Source: an uncultured Oxalobacter sp.
GTDB lineage: Bacteria > Pseudomonadota > Gammaproteobacteria > Burkholderiales > Burkholderiaceae_D
Length of the DNA stretch: 64,000 nt
Reading direction: 5' to 3'
Assembly (NCBI GenBank): GCA_964488675.1
Contig: CAZAWA010000001.1
Span: forward strand, 9,785 to 73,784
The stretch's first letter is position 1; each line of letters starts with the position of its first letter. Position numbers and translations under genes: made by a program. Below are positions 44,986 through 55,515 of this stretch, piece after piece. The notes under the pieces were generated by a model that was not told where the DNA came from, searched no databases, and worked only from the letters and a program-made list of their open reading frames with translations.

Positions 44986-45973
44986 TCTCGGTGTACAAAG
45001 AGGCGCAATTCTGATGCTTGCTCTCGGCGCTGATGAAGCCGCTGAGGTAATGCGATATCTTGGTCCAAGAGAGGTTCAGCGGCTGGGAGCCGCTATGTCT
45101 TCGATGCGGGCCGTGCAGGCCGAAGAGCTCGAAGATGTGCTTGAAAGATTTCGCATCGAAACAGAACAAAACACCTCCATTGGCCTGGATTCCGACGAGT
45201 ACATTCGGGATGTTCTCACCAAGGCACTTGGCGATGACAAGGCTTCTTCGCTGCTCAACCGAATCCTCGGCGCACGCGATGCCAGCGGCATCGAAAGCCT
45301 GAAGTGGATGGACTCGCAGTCCGTTGCAGAACTGATTCGCAACGAACACCCTCAAATCATCGCCACCATTCTGGTGCATCTTGAGCGCTATCAGGCTAGC
45401 GAAGTACTGAACCATTTTACTGACCGCTTGCGCAACGACATTGTGCTAAGAATAGCTACGCTTGATGGAGTGCAGCCTGGTGCCCTGCGCGAACTGAACG
45501 ATGTACTGACCAAACTGCTGACAGGCAACGAAAATTTGAAGAAAAAACCAATGGGTGGGGTTCGTACTGCGGCAGAAATTCTCAACTTCCTTGGCGGCGA
45601 AAATGAGCAGTCCGTCATGAGCAACCTGAAAAATCATGACCCGGATATGGCACAGAGGATCATGGATGAAATGTTCGTGTTTGAAAATATCATCGACATC
45701 GATGACAGAGGGATACAGACGATGCTTCGCGAGGTGCAGTCGGAATCCCTTATCGTCGCGCTCAAGGGCGCGGGTCAGGATCTGCGCGACAAGATTTTCA
45801 AGAACATGTCTCAGCGCGCAGCCGAAATGATGCGGGAGGATCTGGAATCAAAAGGTCCTGTTCGCCTGTCCGAGGTCGAAGCGCAACAAAAAGAAATCCT
45901 CCAGATTGTCCGTCGCCTTGCAGACGAAGGCCAGATAATGCTGGGCGGAAAGGGCGATGACACCTATGTCTAA
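44978..45973 (+). CDS. fliG: Flagellar motor switch protein FliG
   Basis: GAILMLALGADEAAEVMRYL... and a C-terminal ...MSQRAAEMMREDLE...GPVRLSEVEAQQKEIL. Confidence 0.95.
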   Translation: MSDLGVQRGAILMLALGADEAAEVMRYLGPREVQRLGAAMSSMRAVQAEELEDVLERFRIETEQNTSIGLDSDEYIRDVLTKALGDDKASSLLNRILGARDASGIESLKWMDSQSVAELIRNEHPQIIATILVHLERYQASEVLNHFTDRLRNDIVLRIATLDGVQPGALRELNDVLTKLLTGNENLKKKPMGGVRTAAEILNFLGGENEQSVMSNLKNHDPDMAQRIMDEMFVFENIIDIDDRGIQTMLREVQSESLIVALKGAGQDLRDKIFKNMSQRAAEMMREDLESKGPVRLSEVEAQQKEILQIVRRLADEGQIMLGGKGDDTYV

Positions 45974-46613
45974 TTCCCTGCCCAAGGAAAAGCAATCCGC
46001 CTACCAACGATGGGAAATGGCATCCTTTGGCGACGATCGGCCAAAAATGAGTACTCAGCCCACCGCATCGATCGCCAAGTTGTCAGAACAACTCACCTCC
46101 GCGCGCGAACAGGCCAGGCAGGAAGGTTACGCCTCGGGTCTCGAGGAAGGACGCCGTGTCGGCTTGAAGGAAGGGCGGGCACAAGCAGCCGAAGAAGTTC
46201 GGCAATTTCTGAGTCTCGCGAAAAATTTCCAGGAAGACTTGGCCAACGCAAACGAGCTTATCGCCCAAGACATGCTAGACATGGCGCTCGATTTAGCAAA
46301 GGCAATGCTGAAATCTTCTCTTCCCGTGCATCCTGAACTTATACTGCCCATCGTCACCGACGCCGTCCGGTATCTACCTGCCGTTCAACAGCCAGCCCTG
46401 CTATCCCTCCATCCGGAGGATGCCAAAATCGTCAAGCAATTCATGGGGGATGAGCTTTCCAAGGCTGGATGGCGCATAACAGAAGATTTGCAAGTCGAGC
46501 GAGGAGGTTGCCGAGTCGAAACCGCCAGCAACCAGATCGATGCAAGTGCGCCAACGAGATGGCATCGTCTCACTTCTGCTCTGGGCAAAAACAACGACTG
46601 GCTGGAAACATGA
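45957..46613 (+). CDS. fliH: Flagellar assembly protein FliH
   Basis: Position between fliG and fliI. Charged helical N-half and ...[16 protein letters not shown]-terminus. ATG 45966 is an alternative start. Confidence 0.85.
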   Translation: MTPMSNSLPKEKQSAYQRWEMASFGDDRPKMSTQPTASIAKLSEQLTSAREQARQEGYASGLEEGRRVGLKEGRAQAAEEVRQFLSLAKNFQEDLANANELIAQDMLDMALDLAKAMLKSSLPVHPELILPIVTDAVRYLPAVQQPALLSLHPEDAKIVKQFMGDELSKAGWRITEDLQVERGGCRVETASNQIDASAPTRWHRLTSALGKNNDWLET

Positions 46614-48013
46614 AAGCCATGGCTGCCAACGGCGCACGATGGCGCGCCTATCTGCGCGATTGCCGGGCAGTGCTGGAAATCGCCGAACCGATGCTGGTAT
46701 CCGGACGCGTGACGCGTGTAACCGGCCTGGTAATGGAAGCGATCGGCCTCAGACTGGCTGTGGGCAGTGCTTGCACCATCCCTCTTCCGAACGGATCACG
46801 CATTGAAGCCGAAGTCGTCGGTTTTGCCAACGATAAGCTGTACCTGATGCCGCAAAGCGATGTCGAAGGCATCGTCCCGGGTACGCGCGTGTTCCCGGTT
46901 GAAGTCGTTCAAAGCCTTCCCAAACCTGGCTCTGTCACCCATCCTCGTCGACGACCAGACGACCGCAGCAAGCACATGCCAGTCGGTGACGAGTTGCTTG
47001 GTCGCGTACTCGACGGCGCCGGCCGCCCTCTCGACAATCTCGGTCCGCTGCATACGAGTCATGCCGCTCCACTAAATGTGCGCACCATCAACCCTCTTTC
47101 TCGCGCTCCTATCTCCGAGGTTCTCGATGTCGGTGTGCGCACAATTAACAGCATGCTAACCGTCGGTCGCGGACAGCGCATGGGACTCTTTGCTGGTTCC
47201 GGCGTTGGCAAAAGTGTGCTGCTTGGCATGATGGCGCGATACACAAGCGCCGATGTCATTGTCGTCGGGTTGATTGGCGAACGCGGCAGGGAAGTAAAAG
47301 AATTCATCGAAGATAACCTGGGAGCAGAGGGAATGGCGCGGTCAGTCGTGGTGGCTGCCCCTGCTGATTCCCCACCCTTGATGCGTCTGCAAGGGGCAGC
47401 CTATGCAACCACAATAGCCGAATATTTTCGCAACCAAGGAAAGAATGTCCTGCTGATTATGGATTCTTTGACGCGCTTTGCCATGGCGCAACGCGAAATT
47501 GCGCTTGCCATCGGAGAACCGCCTGCAACCAAAGGTTATCCCCCCTCGGTCTTTGCCAAGCTGCCAGCCTTGGTCGAGCGCGCCGGAAATGGCAAGCTTG
47601 GGGGTGGATCAATCACAGCTTTCTATACCGTTCTGACCGAAGGCGACGACCCGCAAGATCCGATCGCGGATGCCGCCCGTGCCATTCTCGATGGCCATAT
47701 CGTTCTGGATCGCCAGTTGGCAGATAGTGGACATTACCCCGCCATCGACATTGAGCAATCCATCAGCCGTGTGATGCAAAACATCACTACGCCCGAACAC
47801 CAGAAAGTAATGCGGCGGCTGAAACAACTAAATTCACGCTATCAACGGAGTCGGGACCTCATCAGTGTCGGCGCCTACAGCCATGGGAGCGATCCTGTAC
47901 TCGACGAGGCCATTGCACTTCATGCAAGAATTGAATCTTTTCTTCAGCAAGATATTCACGAGTGTGCTAGCGTTGACGAAAGCTTGAGGCAACTTGCCTC
48001 GCTATTCGACTGA
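46610..48013 (+). CDS. fliI: Flagellum-specific ATPase FliI
   Basis: Walker [14 protein letters not shown], Walker [16 protein letters not shown] overlap with the fliH stop. The ORF-track start at 46469 lies inside fliH. Confidence 0.95.
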   Translation: MKAMAANGARWRAYLRDCRAVLEIAEPMLVSGRVTRVTGLVMEAIGLRLAVGSACTIPLPNGSRIEAEVVGFANDKLYLMPQSDVEGIVPGTRVFPVEVVQSLPKPGSVTHPRRRPDDRSKHMPVGDELLGRVLDGAGRPLDNLGPLHTSHAAPLNVRTINPLSRAPISEVLDVGVRTINSMLTVGRGQRMGLFAGSGVGKSVLLGMMARYTSADVIVVGLIGERGREVKEFIEDNLGAEGMARSVVVAAPADSPPLMRLQGAAYATTIAEYFRNQGKNVLLIMDSLTRFAMAQREIALAIGEPPATKGYPPSVFAKLPALVERAGNGKLGGGSITAFYTVLTEGDDPQDPIADAARAILDGHIVLDRQLADSGHYPAIDIEQSISRVMQNITTPEHQKVMRRLKQLNSRYQRSRDLISVGAYSHGSDPVLDEAIALHARIESFLQQDIHECASVDESLRQLASLFD

Positions 48014-48045
48014 TTGAACTTTGAACCGCAACTTTATAATCAAAT

Positions 48046-48486
48046 ATGGCTACTTCATCTGCAATCGAAATGCTGATAGAACTGGCAACAAAAAATTGCG
48101 AAATGGCGGCTCAGGAGTTGGGTAAATCGATTCGAAGTGCAGAGGAAACCGACAAAAAATTGTCTCTTCTGCTGCAATATCGTGAAGATTACACTGCTCG
48201 CTTCCAGGCCGAACAGGCAGAAGGCTTAAGCATAGCGGGTTACCGAAATTTTCAACTTTTCCTAGACAAACTGGAACAAGCCATTGCAGGCCAGCAGCAA
48301 ATCGTGCGCGAATCCAAGAAGCGCATAGAGGAAAACCAGCGCGCATGGCAAGCAGCCGAGCACAAAAAAGCGTCATATGACACCCTGGCAGAAAGGAAAC
48401 GCAAGGAAGCGCAGCGCAAGGAGACGCGACGAGATCAAAAACAAACAGATGAATATGTCACAAGACAATCGCACGACAAGCGATAA
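48046..48486 (+). CDS. fliJ: Flagellar export chaperone FliJ
   Basis: 146-aa coiled-coil protein after fliI, with ...LLQYREDY...NFQLFLDKLEQAI... Confidence 0.85.
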   Translation: MATSSAIEMLIELATKNCEMAAQELGKSIRSAEETDKKLSLLLQYREDYTARFQAEQAEGLSIAGYRNFQLFLDKLEQAIAGQQQIVRESKKRIEENQRAWQAAEHKKASYDTLAERKRKEAQRKETRRDQKQTDEYVTRQSHDKR

Positions 48487-48510
48487 AACCATTGAACAGG
48501 CAAGCTACCC

Positions 48511-49752
48511 ATGAACACTCAGGCCATCGCAACCTCGATTCCGTCATCTGGCGCGACGGCATCCAGACATCAAACCTCGAATACCGCCAATTCCGATAGC
48601 TCATTCAGCCAGCTTCTCAATCGTGAAATTTCCGAACGGCATACAACGGAAAGCGTGCATGCGACTCCCGCCAAAGAAAGTAGCGCACCCGGCAAATCAG
48701 CCAATCAGGCTGACAATGGCTCAACGAGCACCGTCGATGAAAGCAAATCAAAAGACTCCGCTGAATCCGTACAAGCAGAAGCAAGTTCGGTGACAGAGCA
48801 AATGCTGGTTATGGCTGGACAGTTTTCTCCGACAATTCAGGCAACGCAACTGGCATCGATTGCACAAAACCTGCCTGCCGCTATTCAACAGCCTCTCGCT
48901 GTTCCTGCTCCCCTTTCTGTCGAATCGACCCAGTCCACCGATGTGTCCGCAGATTCTGCCGCATTGCAAATTGAGACTTCCATTTCAAATTCTGCAGAAT
49001 TTGTTTCACCACCAACCGCTGGGAAGGTGGAGCAAAATACAGCGGCCTTTGATTTGACGATGGCCAAAACTGCCGAACGAAATCGGGTCTCCGTCCCTAT
49101 CGCTAATAGCGGAAATACTTTCGCCCCCGAAACAATTTCGGAACATGTCACCCCGGCCAGCAAGACGAATGAGCCCATGGCTCTCTCGTTAGCAGGGCTG
49201 TCAACGACAGAATTACACGCACAGCCCCAGCAGGATGCCGGTGACGAATTAACTGCAACGACCTCGCCGCTACAACAAGCCATGGTGAACCAAGCGCAAC
49301 TAAAACCTGGAAGTTCCGCAGACAAACTTACTCCTCATGTAGGCACTACTGCATGGAATCAGGCCGTCGGACAAAAAATTGTCTGGATGATTGGCCGTGA
49401 GCAGCAAAGCGCGTCGCTGACGCTTAACCCGCCAGATCTGGGGCCTTTGCAAGTGGTTTTGAGTGTCTCAAGTACTCAGGCCAATGCCAGTTTCTATGCT
49501 GCACAACCAGAAGTTCGTCACGCACTGGAAGCGGCCTTGCCGAAGCTGCGGGAAATGCTGGCAGATGCAGGCATTCAACTTGGCCAGGCAAATGTCAGCG
49601 CTGGCACACCGCAGCGGCAAGATTCTTATGCAACACACCCATCGGCCATTTTAGGCACAAATACTCTGGACGATGTAGCTCATGGCACCACTCCTGCTGT
49701 CGAACGCACCACCCGCATCGTAAGGGAAGGTTTGATTGATACCTTTGCATAA
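48511..49752 (+). CDS. fliK: Flagellar hook-length control protein FliK
   Basis: Ser/Thr/Ala/Gln-rich N-half. C-terminal Flg_hook domain LTLNPPDLGPLQVVLSV...ALPKLREMLADAGIQLGQANVS. Confidence 0.88.
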   Translation: MNTQAIATSIPSSGATASRHQTSNTANSDSSFSQLLNREISERHTTESVHATPAKESSAPGKSANQADNGSTSTVDESKSKDSAESVQAEASSVTEQMLVMAGQFSPTIQATQLASIAQNLPAAIQQPLAVPAPLSVESTQSTDVSADSAALQIETSISNSAEFVSPPTAGKVEQNTAAFDLTMAKTAERNRVSVPIANSGNTFAPETISEHVTPASKTNEPMALSLAGLSTTELHAQPQQDAGDELTATTSPLQQAMVNQAQLKPGSSADKLTPHVGTTAWNQAVGQKIVWMIGREQQSASLTLNPPDLGPLQVVLSVSSTQANASFYAAQPEVRHALEAALPKLREMLADAGIQLGQANVSAGTPQRQDSYATHPSAILGTNTLDDVAHGTTPAVERTTRIVREGLIDTFA

Positions 49753-50005
49753 ACCACTCCAACGATTTGGCCACTTTAGCGGCGACACAACAGCGAATGG
49801 CCTTTTGTTAACTGGGCTATTAACCGCGCAAACGCCTTATTTTACAGAATGATCAGTTAAGATTACTCCCGTGCTGAGATTAGACGCGCGGGAGCAAAGA
49901 CTAAACACATTATATGCATGGTCTTCTCCCCTCTTTTCACGGCATTCCGGACACTTGTTCTTGTGAATAATGTCAATAACCGACTGTACTGACTGAGGAA
50001 AAGAA

Positions 50006-50551
50006 ATGGCGACCTCCGCCCCCAAATCAGCCCCTAGACCACCATCGAGGAACGCGGCTCATGACATTCCGCCCGATGACGCGCCCAAGCCCAAGAAATC
50101 CAGAAAAAAATTGGGGTTGATTCTCCTCATTACACTGTTGCTCCTTGGTGGCGGCGGCGGAGCATGGTGGTATTTCATGGGAGATGATGACGATGCCGAA
50201 GGTGTGGAAAAGAAAGTAAAAAATGATAAGCCGACTCCTCCTGTATTTGTGTCCCTTGAGCCATTCACCGTCAATTTGCAACCTGAGGGTGGCGAGCATT
50301 ATCTGCAAGTCGGAATGACCTTGCAGGTGGTATCAAAGGAAGATGTCGATCAAATCAAACTGTACATGCCGCAAATTCGAAGCCGGATTCTGCTTTTGTT
50401 ATCCAGCAAAAAAGCCTCAGAAATTTCTACGGTGGAAGGCAAAAAAAAGTTGTCCGCAGAAATTATGACGCAAGTAAATCAACCGCTTACGCCGCAGGCA
50501 AAAGCTCAGTCGGTATCCAATGTTTTCTTTACCTCTTTCGTGATTCAATAG
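50006..50551 (+). CDS. fliL: Flagellar basal-body-associated protein FliL
   Basis: Single TM (LGLILLITLLLLGGGGG), then FVSLEPFTVNLQ...YLQVGMTLQV... Confidence 0.88.
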   Translation: MATSAPKSAPRPPSRNAAHDIPPDDAPKPKKSRKKLGLILLITLLLLGGGGGAWWYFMGDDDDAEGVEKKVKNDKPTPPVFVSLEPFTVNLQPEGGEHYLQVGMTLQVVSKEDVDQIKLYMPQIRSRILLLLSSKKASEISTVEGKKKLSAEIMTQVNQPLTPQAKAQSVSNVFFTSFVIQ

Positions 50552-50555
50552 CGCC

Positions 50556-51554
50556 ATGGCCGAATCATTTCTTTCGCAGGAAGAAGTCGATGCCCTACTA
50601 AGGGGGGTCACCGGCGAGCAGGACGATGAGCGGACACCTCTGGACAATTCTGGTATTCGCCCCTACAACCTGGCAACGCAGGAACGCATTGTCCGCGGCA
50701 GGATGCCGACGCTGGAAATAATCAACGAACGATTTGCACGCCTTCTGAGAATCGGACTATTCAATTTCCTGCGCAGAACAGCGGAAGTGTCAGTGGGGCC
50801 GGTGCGCGTCTCGAAATACAGTGAATTCATCCGCAATCTGGTAGTGCCGACTAACCTGAATCTGGTTCACATGAAACCATTGCGAGGAACCGCCTTGATG
50901 GTTCTGGAGCCTACTCTGGTGTTTTTGCTGGTCGATAATTTATTCGGCGGAGACGGACGATTCCACACTCGCGTGGAAGGGCGGGATTTCACACAAACTG
51001 AACAACGCATCATCCAGCGCATTCTTGAAATCATCTTCGAAACTTACGCTAAATCATGGGAACCGGTTTATCCGGTGGAATTCGAGTATGTGCGATCAGA
51101 AATGAACACTCAGTTTGCCAATATTGCCACACCGAACGAAGTAGTGGTCACAACCTCCTTCACAATCGAATTGGGCCAGGTGAGCGGTGAAATGCATTTT
51201 TGCACACCCTATTCGACAATCGAACCCGTGCGAGATGTTTTGACCAGTAGCCTGCAAGGCGAAACGCTCGAAGTCGACAAACGATGGATTCGCCTTATGA
51301 CACAGCAGCTTCAAACTGCGCAGGTTGAAATCATTGCAGACCTTGGCATTGCTTCATCAACTATTGGCGACATGCTCAACATGAAGGTGGGTGACATCAT
51401 CCCCATAAGTGTTCCCGGCACCGTTGAAGCCAAGGTTGATGGCGTGCCTATCATGGAATGTAGCTACGGCAAATTCAACGGCCAATACGCATTGCGGGTC
51501 GAAAAACTGATCCGCAGTTTATCTGACACATCGCAAGGAGATGACCGTGGCTGA
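50556..51554 (+). CDS. fliM: Flagellar motor switch protein FliM
   Basis: N-terminal LSQEEVDALL (CheY-P binding motif) and conserved middle and C-terminal regions. Confidence 0.95.
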   Translation: MAESFLSQEEVDALLRGVTGEQDDERTPLDNSGIRPYNLATQERIVRGRMPTLEIINERFARLLRIGLFNFLRRTAEVSVGPVRVSKYSEFIRNLVVPTNLNLVHMKPLRGTALMVLEPTLVFLLVDNLFGGDGRFHTRVEGRDFTQTEQRIIQRILEIIFETYAKSWEPVYPVEFEYVRSEMNTQFANIATPNEVVVTTSFTIELGQVSGEMHFCTPYSTIEPVRDVLTSSLQGETLEVDKRWIRLMTQQLQTAQVEIIADLGIASSTIGDMLNMKVGDIIPISVPGTVEAKVDGVPIMECSYGKFNGQYALRVEKLIRSLSDTSQGDDRG

Positions 51555-51963
51555 TGACACCCCCACCCAAACAACCGTTGAAGATGACTGGGGCGCGGCT
51601 ATGGCCGAGCAAGCCCAGGCTGAGCCTCCGGTTATTGCCCCACAACCGGCCGCTGCAACCGTATTTAAGGATTTCGCCGGCAGCACTTCAGGTACGACAC
51701 ACAACGATATCGAATTCATACTCGACATTCCGGTTCAGCTTACGGTAGAACTGGGCCGCGCAAAAATTGCTATTAAAAACCTGCTGCAACTTGCTCAGGG
51801 CTCGGTTGTTGAACTAGATGGCCTGGCTGGCGAACCGATGGATGTACTGGTCAACGGCTGCCTGATCGCGCAAGGTGAGGTCGTGGTTGTAAACGACAAG
51901 TTCGGCATTCGCCTGACCGATGTCATTTCACCAGCCGAGCGCATACGAAAACTGAATAGATAA
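51541..51963 (+). CDS. fliN: Flagellar motor switch protein FliN
   Basis: C-terminal SpoA domain ILDIPVQLTVELGRAKIAIKNLLQLAQGSVVELDGLAGEPMDVLVNG. Confidence 0.93.
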   Translation: MTVADDTPTQTTVEDDWGAAMAEQAQAEPPVIAPQPAAATVFKDFAGSTSGTTHNDIEFILDIPVQLTVELGRAKIAIKNLLQLAQGSVVELDGLAGEPMDVLVNGCLIAQGEVVVVNDKFGIRLTDVISPAERIRKLNR

Positions 51964-52376
51964 TGCTCATCAAATTCCTCATTCCGCTGCTGATTGCAAC
52001 CTGTGCGCCAGCCATCGCAAGCGATGCGCCTGGCAATGCTTCAACCGGTGGCATGTTCCAGGTGCTGATGATACTGATACTTGTCCTTGCGCTAATGGTG
52101 GGCGCAGCATGGCTACTGAAAAGATTCAATGTAGCGGGCGCAAATTCTGGCGAAGCAATCAAGATTGTTGGTGGCATTGCAGTAGGCAGTCGTGAGCGAA
52201 TAGTTGTTGTGGAAGTGGCGGATCAATGGATCGTGGTGGGCGTATGCTCCGGAAGCATCAATGCTCTCTCGACTATGCCAAAACAGGAAATCGTCACACA
52301 AAAGTCCGTGACAAGTTTGCAGAGCAATTTTTCTGGCCGACTCAAGCAGTTCATGGAGCGTCGCAATGACAAGTGA
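51963..52376 (+). CDS. fliO: Flagellar biosynthesis protein FliO
   Basis: Small single-TM protein between fliN and fliP, with ...[20 protein letters not shown]... Confidence 0.8.
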   Translation: MLIKFLIPLLIATCAPAIASDAPGNASTGGMFQVLMILILVLALMVGAAWLLKRFNVAGANSGEAIKIVGGIAVGSRERIVVVEVADQWIVVGVCSGSINALSTMPKQEIVTQKSVTSLQSNFSGRLKQFMERRNDK

Positions 52377-53139
52377 AATCCCGTCAACTGCGACAGTAAA
52401 GGCGATGGCTAAAAGATGGCTTATTCCGCTATTCTTCATGGGACTGCCCATACTGGCTGTCGCGCAAGGATTACCTGTTGTCACCAGCACTCCGGCCTCT
52501 GGTGGCGGGCAAAGTTATTCCCTAAGCCTGCAAATGCTGTTGCTAATAACCAGCCTCTCTTTCCTCCCCGCAATCCTGATGATGATGACCAGCTTTACGC
52601 GCATCATCATTGTGCTTTCCATGTTGCGACAAGCTCTTGGAACCCAGAGTGCCCCGCCGAATCAGGTCCTGATTGGTCTTGCGCTGTTCCTGACGCTATT
52701 TGTCATGAGTCCTGTCTTTGACAAAATATACTCCGATGCCTACCAGCCCCTCTCCGAAAACAAGATCACGATGGCTCAAGCCATCGACAAGGGCACGGTG
52801 CCATTGAAAGCATTCATGCTCAAGCAAACACGCCAATCCGATCTTGCGCTTTATGTGAAATTGTCCAACACTCCTGAACTGCAAGGACCGGAAGATGTTC
52901 CCCTTCGTGTGCTGATCCCGGCGTTTGTCACAAGTGAATTGAAAACAGCCTTTCAAATTGGCTTTGCAATCTTTATCCCATTCTTGATTATCGACATGGT
53001 GGTCGCCAGCGTCCTCATGTCGATGGGGATGATGATGGTGTCGCCCGCCATCGTTTCACTACCATTCAAGCTAATGCTTTTTGTTCTAGTCGATGGATGG
53101 CAACTGCTAATCGGATCTCTTGCACAAAGCTTTTTCTGA
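52366..53139 (+). CDS. fliP: Flagellar export apparatus protein FliP
   Basis: ...[55 protein letters not shown]... ATG 52408 is a possible alternative start. Confidence 0.95.
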   Translation: MTSEIPSTATVKAMAKRWLIPLFFMGLPILAVAQGLPVVTSTPASGGGQSYSLSLQMLLLITSLSFLPAILMMMTSFTRIIIVLSMLRQALGTQSAPPNQVLIGLALFLTLFVMSPVFDKIYSDAYQPLSENKITMAQAIDKGTVPLKAFMLKQTRQSDLALYVKLSNTPELQGPEDVPLRVLIPAFVTSELKTAFQIGFAIFIPFLIIDMVVASVLMSMGMMMVSPAIVSLPFKLMLFVLVDGWQLLIGSLAQSFF

Positions 53140-53150
53140 GGTAATGCCTT

Positions 53151-53420
53151 ATGACGCCAGAAGCAGTTATGTCAATTGGCCGCCACGCCATGGAAATAAC
53201 CCTGATGATTGCTGCCCCAATGCTGTTGATTGCACTGCTTATCGGGCTTGTTGTCAGCATTTTTCAGGCTGCGACACAAATCAACGAAATGACGCTTTCT
53301 TTCATTCCCAAGTTGATTGGTGTGTTTTTTGCGTTGATGGTGGCGGGTCCATGGATGCTGGCTGTCATGATGGATTACATGCGACAACTTTTTTCCAACA
53401 TACCAAATATGATTGGATAG
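53151..53420 (+). CDS. fliQ: Flagellar export apparatus protein FliQ
   Basis: 89 aa, with MTPEAVMSIGRHAMEITLMIAAPMLLIALLIGLVVSIFQAATQINEMTLSFIPK. Confidence 0.95.
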   Translation: MTPEAVMSIGRHAMEITLMIAAPMLLIALLIGLVVSIFQAATQINEMTLSFIPKLIGVFFALMVAGPWMLAVMMDYMRQLFSNIPNMIG

Positions 53421-53445
53421 TGCCGCTCATACGCGCAGACCAAAC

Positions 53446-54240
53446 ATGATCACGATCACCAGCGCCGAACTTCATACCTGGATCGCGTCATTCCTCTGGC
53501 CGCTGACACGCATTCTCGGGCTTATTGCCACAGCCCCACTTTTTGGAAATGTCAGCATACCGGCACGCGTCAAGGTGGGTTTGGGCATCATGCTGGCATT
53601 GATCATTGCCCCCGGTTTGAATGCCCTGCCCGCAATCGATCCTATGTCATGGAAAGGTTTGCTGATTCTGATTCAGCAATTCGTTATCGGCGCAGCAATG
53701 GGGTTAACGATACGCATAGTAATGGCAGCCATGGAAATGGCGGGCGAGATCATTGGAATGACGATGGGTCTGGGGTTTGCAACATTTTTTGACCCACAAT
53801 CAAAAGGACGATCCCCCGCCATCAGTCAGTTTCTGGCTCTCTTGGCGCTGATGATATACCTCGCCGCGAACCTGCATCTTGCAGTTCTGTCAGTGCTGGC
53901 AGACAGTTTCAGTTCCATGCCGATATCCGCGCTACCGATAACCAATCAACCGTTCCAGTTATTTATCGCATGGGGAGGGCGCATCTTTAGCGCAGGTGTT
54001 CAACTCTCCCTGCCAATTGTTGCGGCACTTCTAATCACCAATGTCGCTCTCGGCATCTTGACGCGCGCGGCGCCACAGCTCAACTTGTTCGGCATTGGAT
54101 TCCCGGTAACCATTTGTGTTGGATTTGTCATGATAGGGCTGGCACTGCCATACATGACCACACCTCTTGACAGGCTGTTCCAGGAAGGTTTCGAAGTAAT
54201 GCGTCAAATGACCGCTGCCATACTACCCCCGATTCAGTGA
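53446..54240 (+). CDS. fliR: Flagellar export apparatus protein FliR
   Basis: Polytopic membrane protein after fliQ. The internal ATG at 53446 gives MITITSAELHTWIASFLWPLTRILG. Confidence 0.9.
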   Translation: MITITSAELHTWIASFLWPLTRILGLIATAPLFGNVSIPARVKVGLGIMLALIIAPGLNALPAIDPMSWKGLLILIQQFVIGAAMGLTIRIVMAAMEMAGEIIGMTMGLGFATFFDPQSKGRSPAISQFLALLALMIYLAANLHLAVLSVLADSFSSMPISALPITNQPFQLFIAWGGRIFSAGVQLSLPIVAALLITNVALGILTRAAPQLNLFGIGFPVTICVGFVMIGLALPYMTTPLDRLFQEGFEVMRQMTAAILPPIQ

Positions 54241-54298
54241 CTCATTACAAGTTTTCCACCGAATCGCCCACACTACATCACCAATGATTGGGGGGCAT

Positions 54299-55498
54299 CT
54301 ACAGATAGTTAAAGAGAGAAAGATTGATTATTTTCAGGAATGACTGTTGTGCCGCCTCAAGTGTTGTCTTCTGGAGCGAAAGCTCAGATATTGCCTTCAC
54401 ATAATCGAGATCCTGAAGTTCGGAAAGCGTTGCCGCATACTGCACATCGCGCTCGTCGCCCGCACTATCCAATACCTCAAGCTCTTTCATGCGCGCGCCC
54501 ACCGAAGCGCGAACCATCAGAATATTGTCCAGCGCGCTGCTGAAATTGGTGTTCGCAGTTGCAAGTCCCTGCGTCAGATTTGGTCTGCCTGCTGCGCCTG
54601 AAGCAGGCGTTTCCAATAAAGCGACAAGGTCACTCAGAGAGGAAAATATGCTTTTGCCGCTGGGTGGGGTTGTGCTAATGGTCAGCATATCTCCATCTGC
54701 ACGCGTCCCGCTGATGTTTAACTTTACCCCGTCAAACTCGATTGCCTCCCCGCTCACATAGCTTCCTGAGACAATCACATTGCTGCTGGAATCGGTTACC
54801 GTATATGTGGCTCCCCCGTCACTAAAGGAAAGAGTATACATTTGAGCGGTGAGCAGTGACTGATCCGTCACCGAGGGTGATGTTATCGCGCTGCCGCCAA
54901 AAGTACCTGCGCCAACTGCGATACTGAATGTGCCACTGCCTTGAATGTTCTGAAATACGGCATCACCCGAATCACTGATCGACATTTTCCTAACGGCGGC
55001 AACTTGCAAATTCCTCTGCCCCTGATCACCCATATACTGAACACCCGAGGCTGATGCTTTAAACGGTTGCGTTGCTGTTTGAAAACCGGAAAACACATAA
55101 TTACCCTCACTATCGCGAGAATTGGCATATCCGATTAGCTCGGTCAGGCGTCCGCGTAGATCAGCCGCAATATCCTTGCGCTCCGAATCGTTATAAGACA
55201 AGTTTCCTGCCTCAATAATTTTCGTTTGCACATCCTGAATCAGCCCCGTGATATTTTGCAGTGCACTTTCCTCGAGGTTCAAAGCGCCGGTCGCATAATC
55301 GCGATTTTTAGCATATTGAGCATTGAGTGTCAGGCTCTGCGTCACCTCCAGCGCGCGCGCTGCCGCAATCGGATCATCTGACGGTGTCAGCAGGCGCCGC
55401 TTTGCCGAAATTTGCTGCTGCGTCTTCAAAAGAGCAGTTTGCAATTCGGAAATTCGTGATGCTCCCGATTCATACATCGTATTCGTGCTTACGCGCAT
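54299..55498 (-). CDS. flgL: Flagellar hook-associated protein 3 FlgL
   Basis: MRVSTNTMYESG... from ATG 55498, 8 nt after AAGGAG. Flagellin-like termini. Follows flgK. Confidence 0.9.
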   Translation of the reverse strand: MRVSTNTMYESGASRISELQTALLKTQQQISAKRRLLTPSDDPIAAARALEVTQSLTLNAQYAKNRDYATGALNLEESALQNITGLIQDVQTKIIEAGNLSYNDSERKDIAADLRGRLTELIGYANSRDSEGNYVFSGFQTATQPFKASASGVQYMGDQGQRNLQVAAVRKMSISDSGDAVFQNIQGSGTFSIAVGAGTFGGSAITSPSVTDQSLLTAQMYTLSFSDGGATYTVTDSSSNVIVSGSYVSGEAIEFDGVKLNISGTRADGDMLTISTTPPSGKSIFSSLSDLVALLETPASGAAGRPNLTQGLATANTNFSSALDNILMVRASVGARMKELEVLDSAGDERDVQYAATLSELQDLDYVKAISELSLQKTTLEAAQQSFLKIINLSLFNYL

Positions 55499-55515
55499 AA
55501 TAAAACTCCTTATGC

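Noticed and set aside
49837-50025. 62-aa minus-strand ORF with one CxxC (KCPEC) in the 253-nt fliK-fliL gap
   Set aside because: It has a single CxxC only and no RBS. It runs antisense into the fliL start, and nothing else supports it. The gap is more likely the fliL promoter region, although I could not identify a sigma-28, sigma-54 or strong sigma-70 motif in it.
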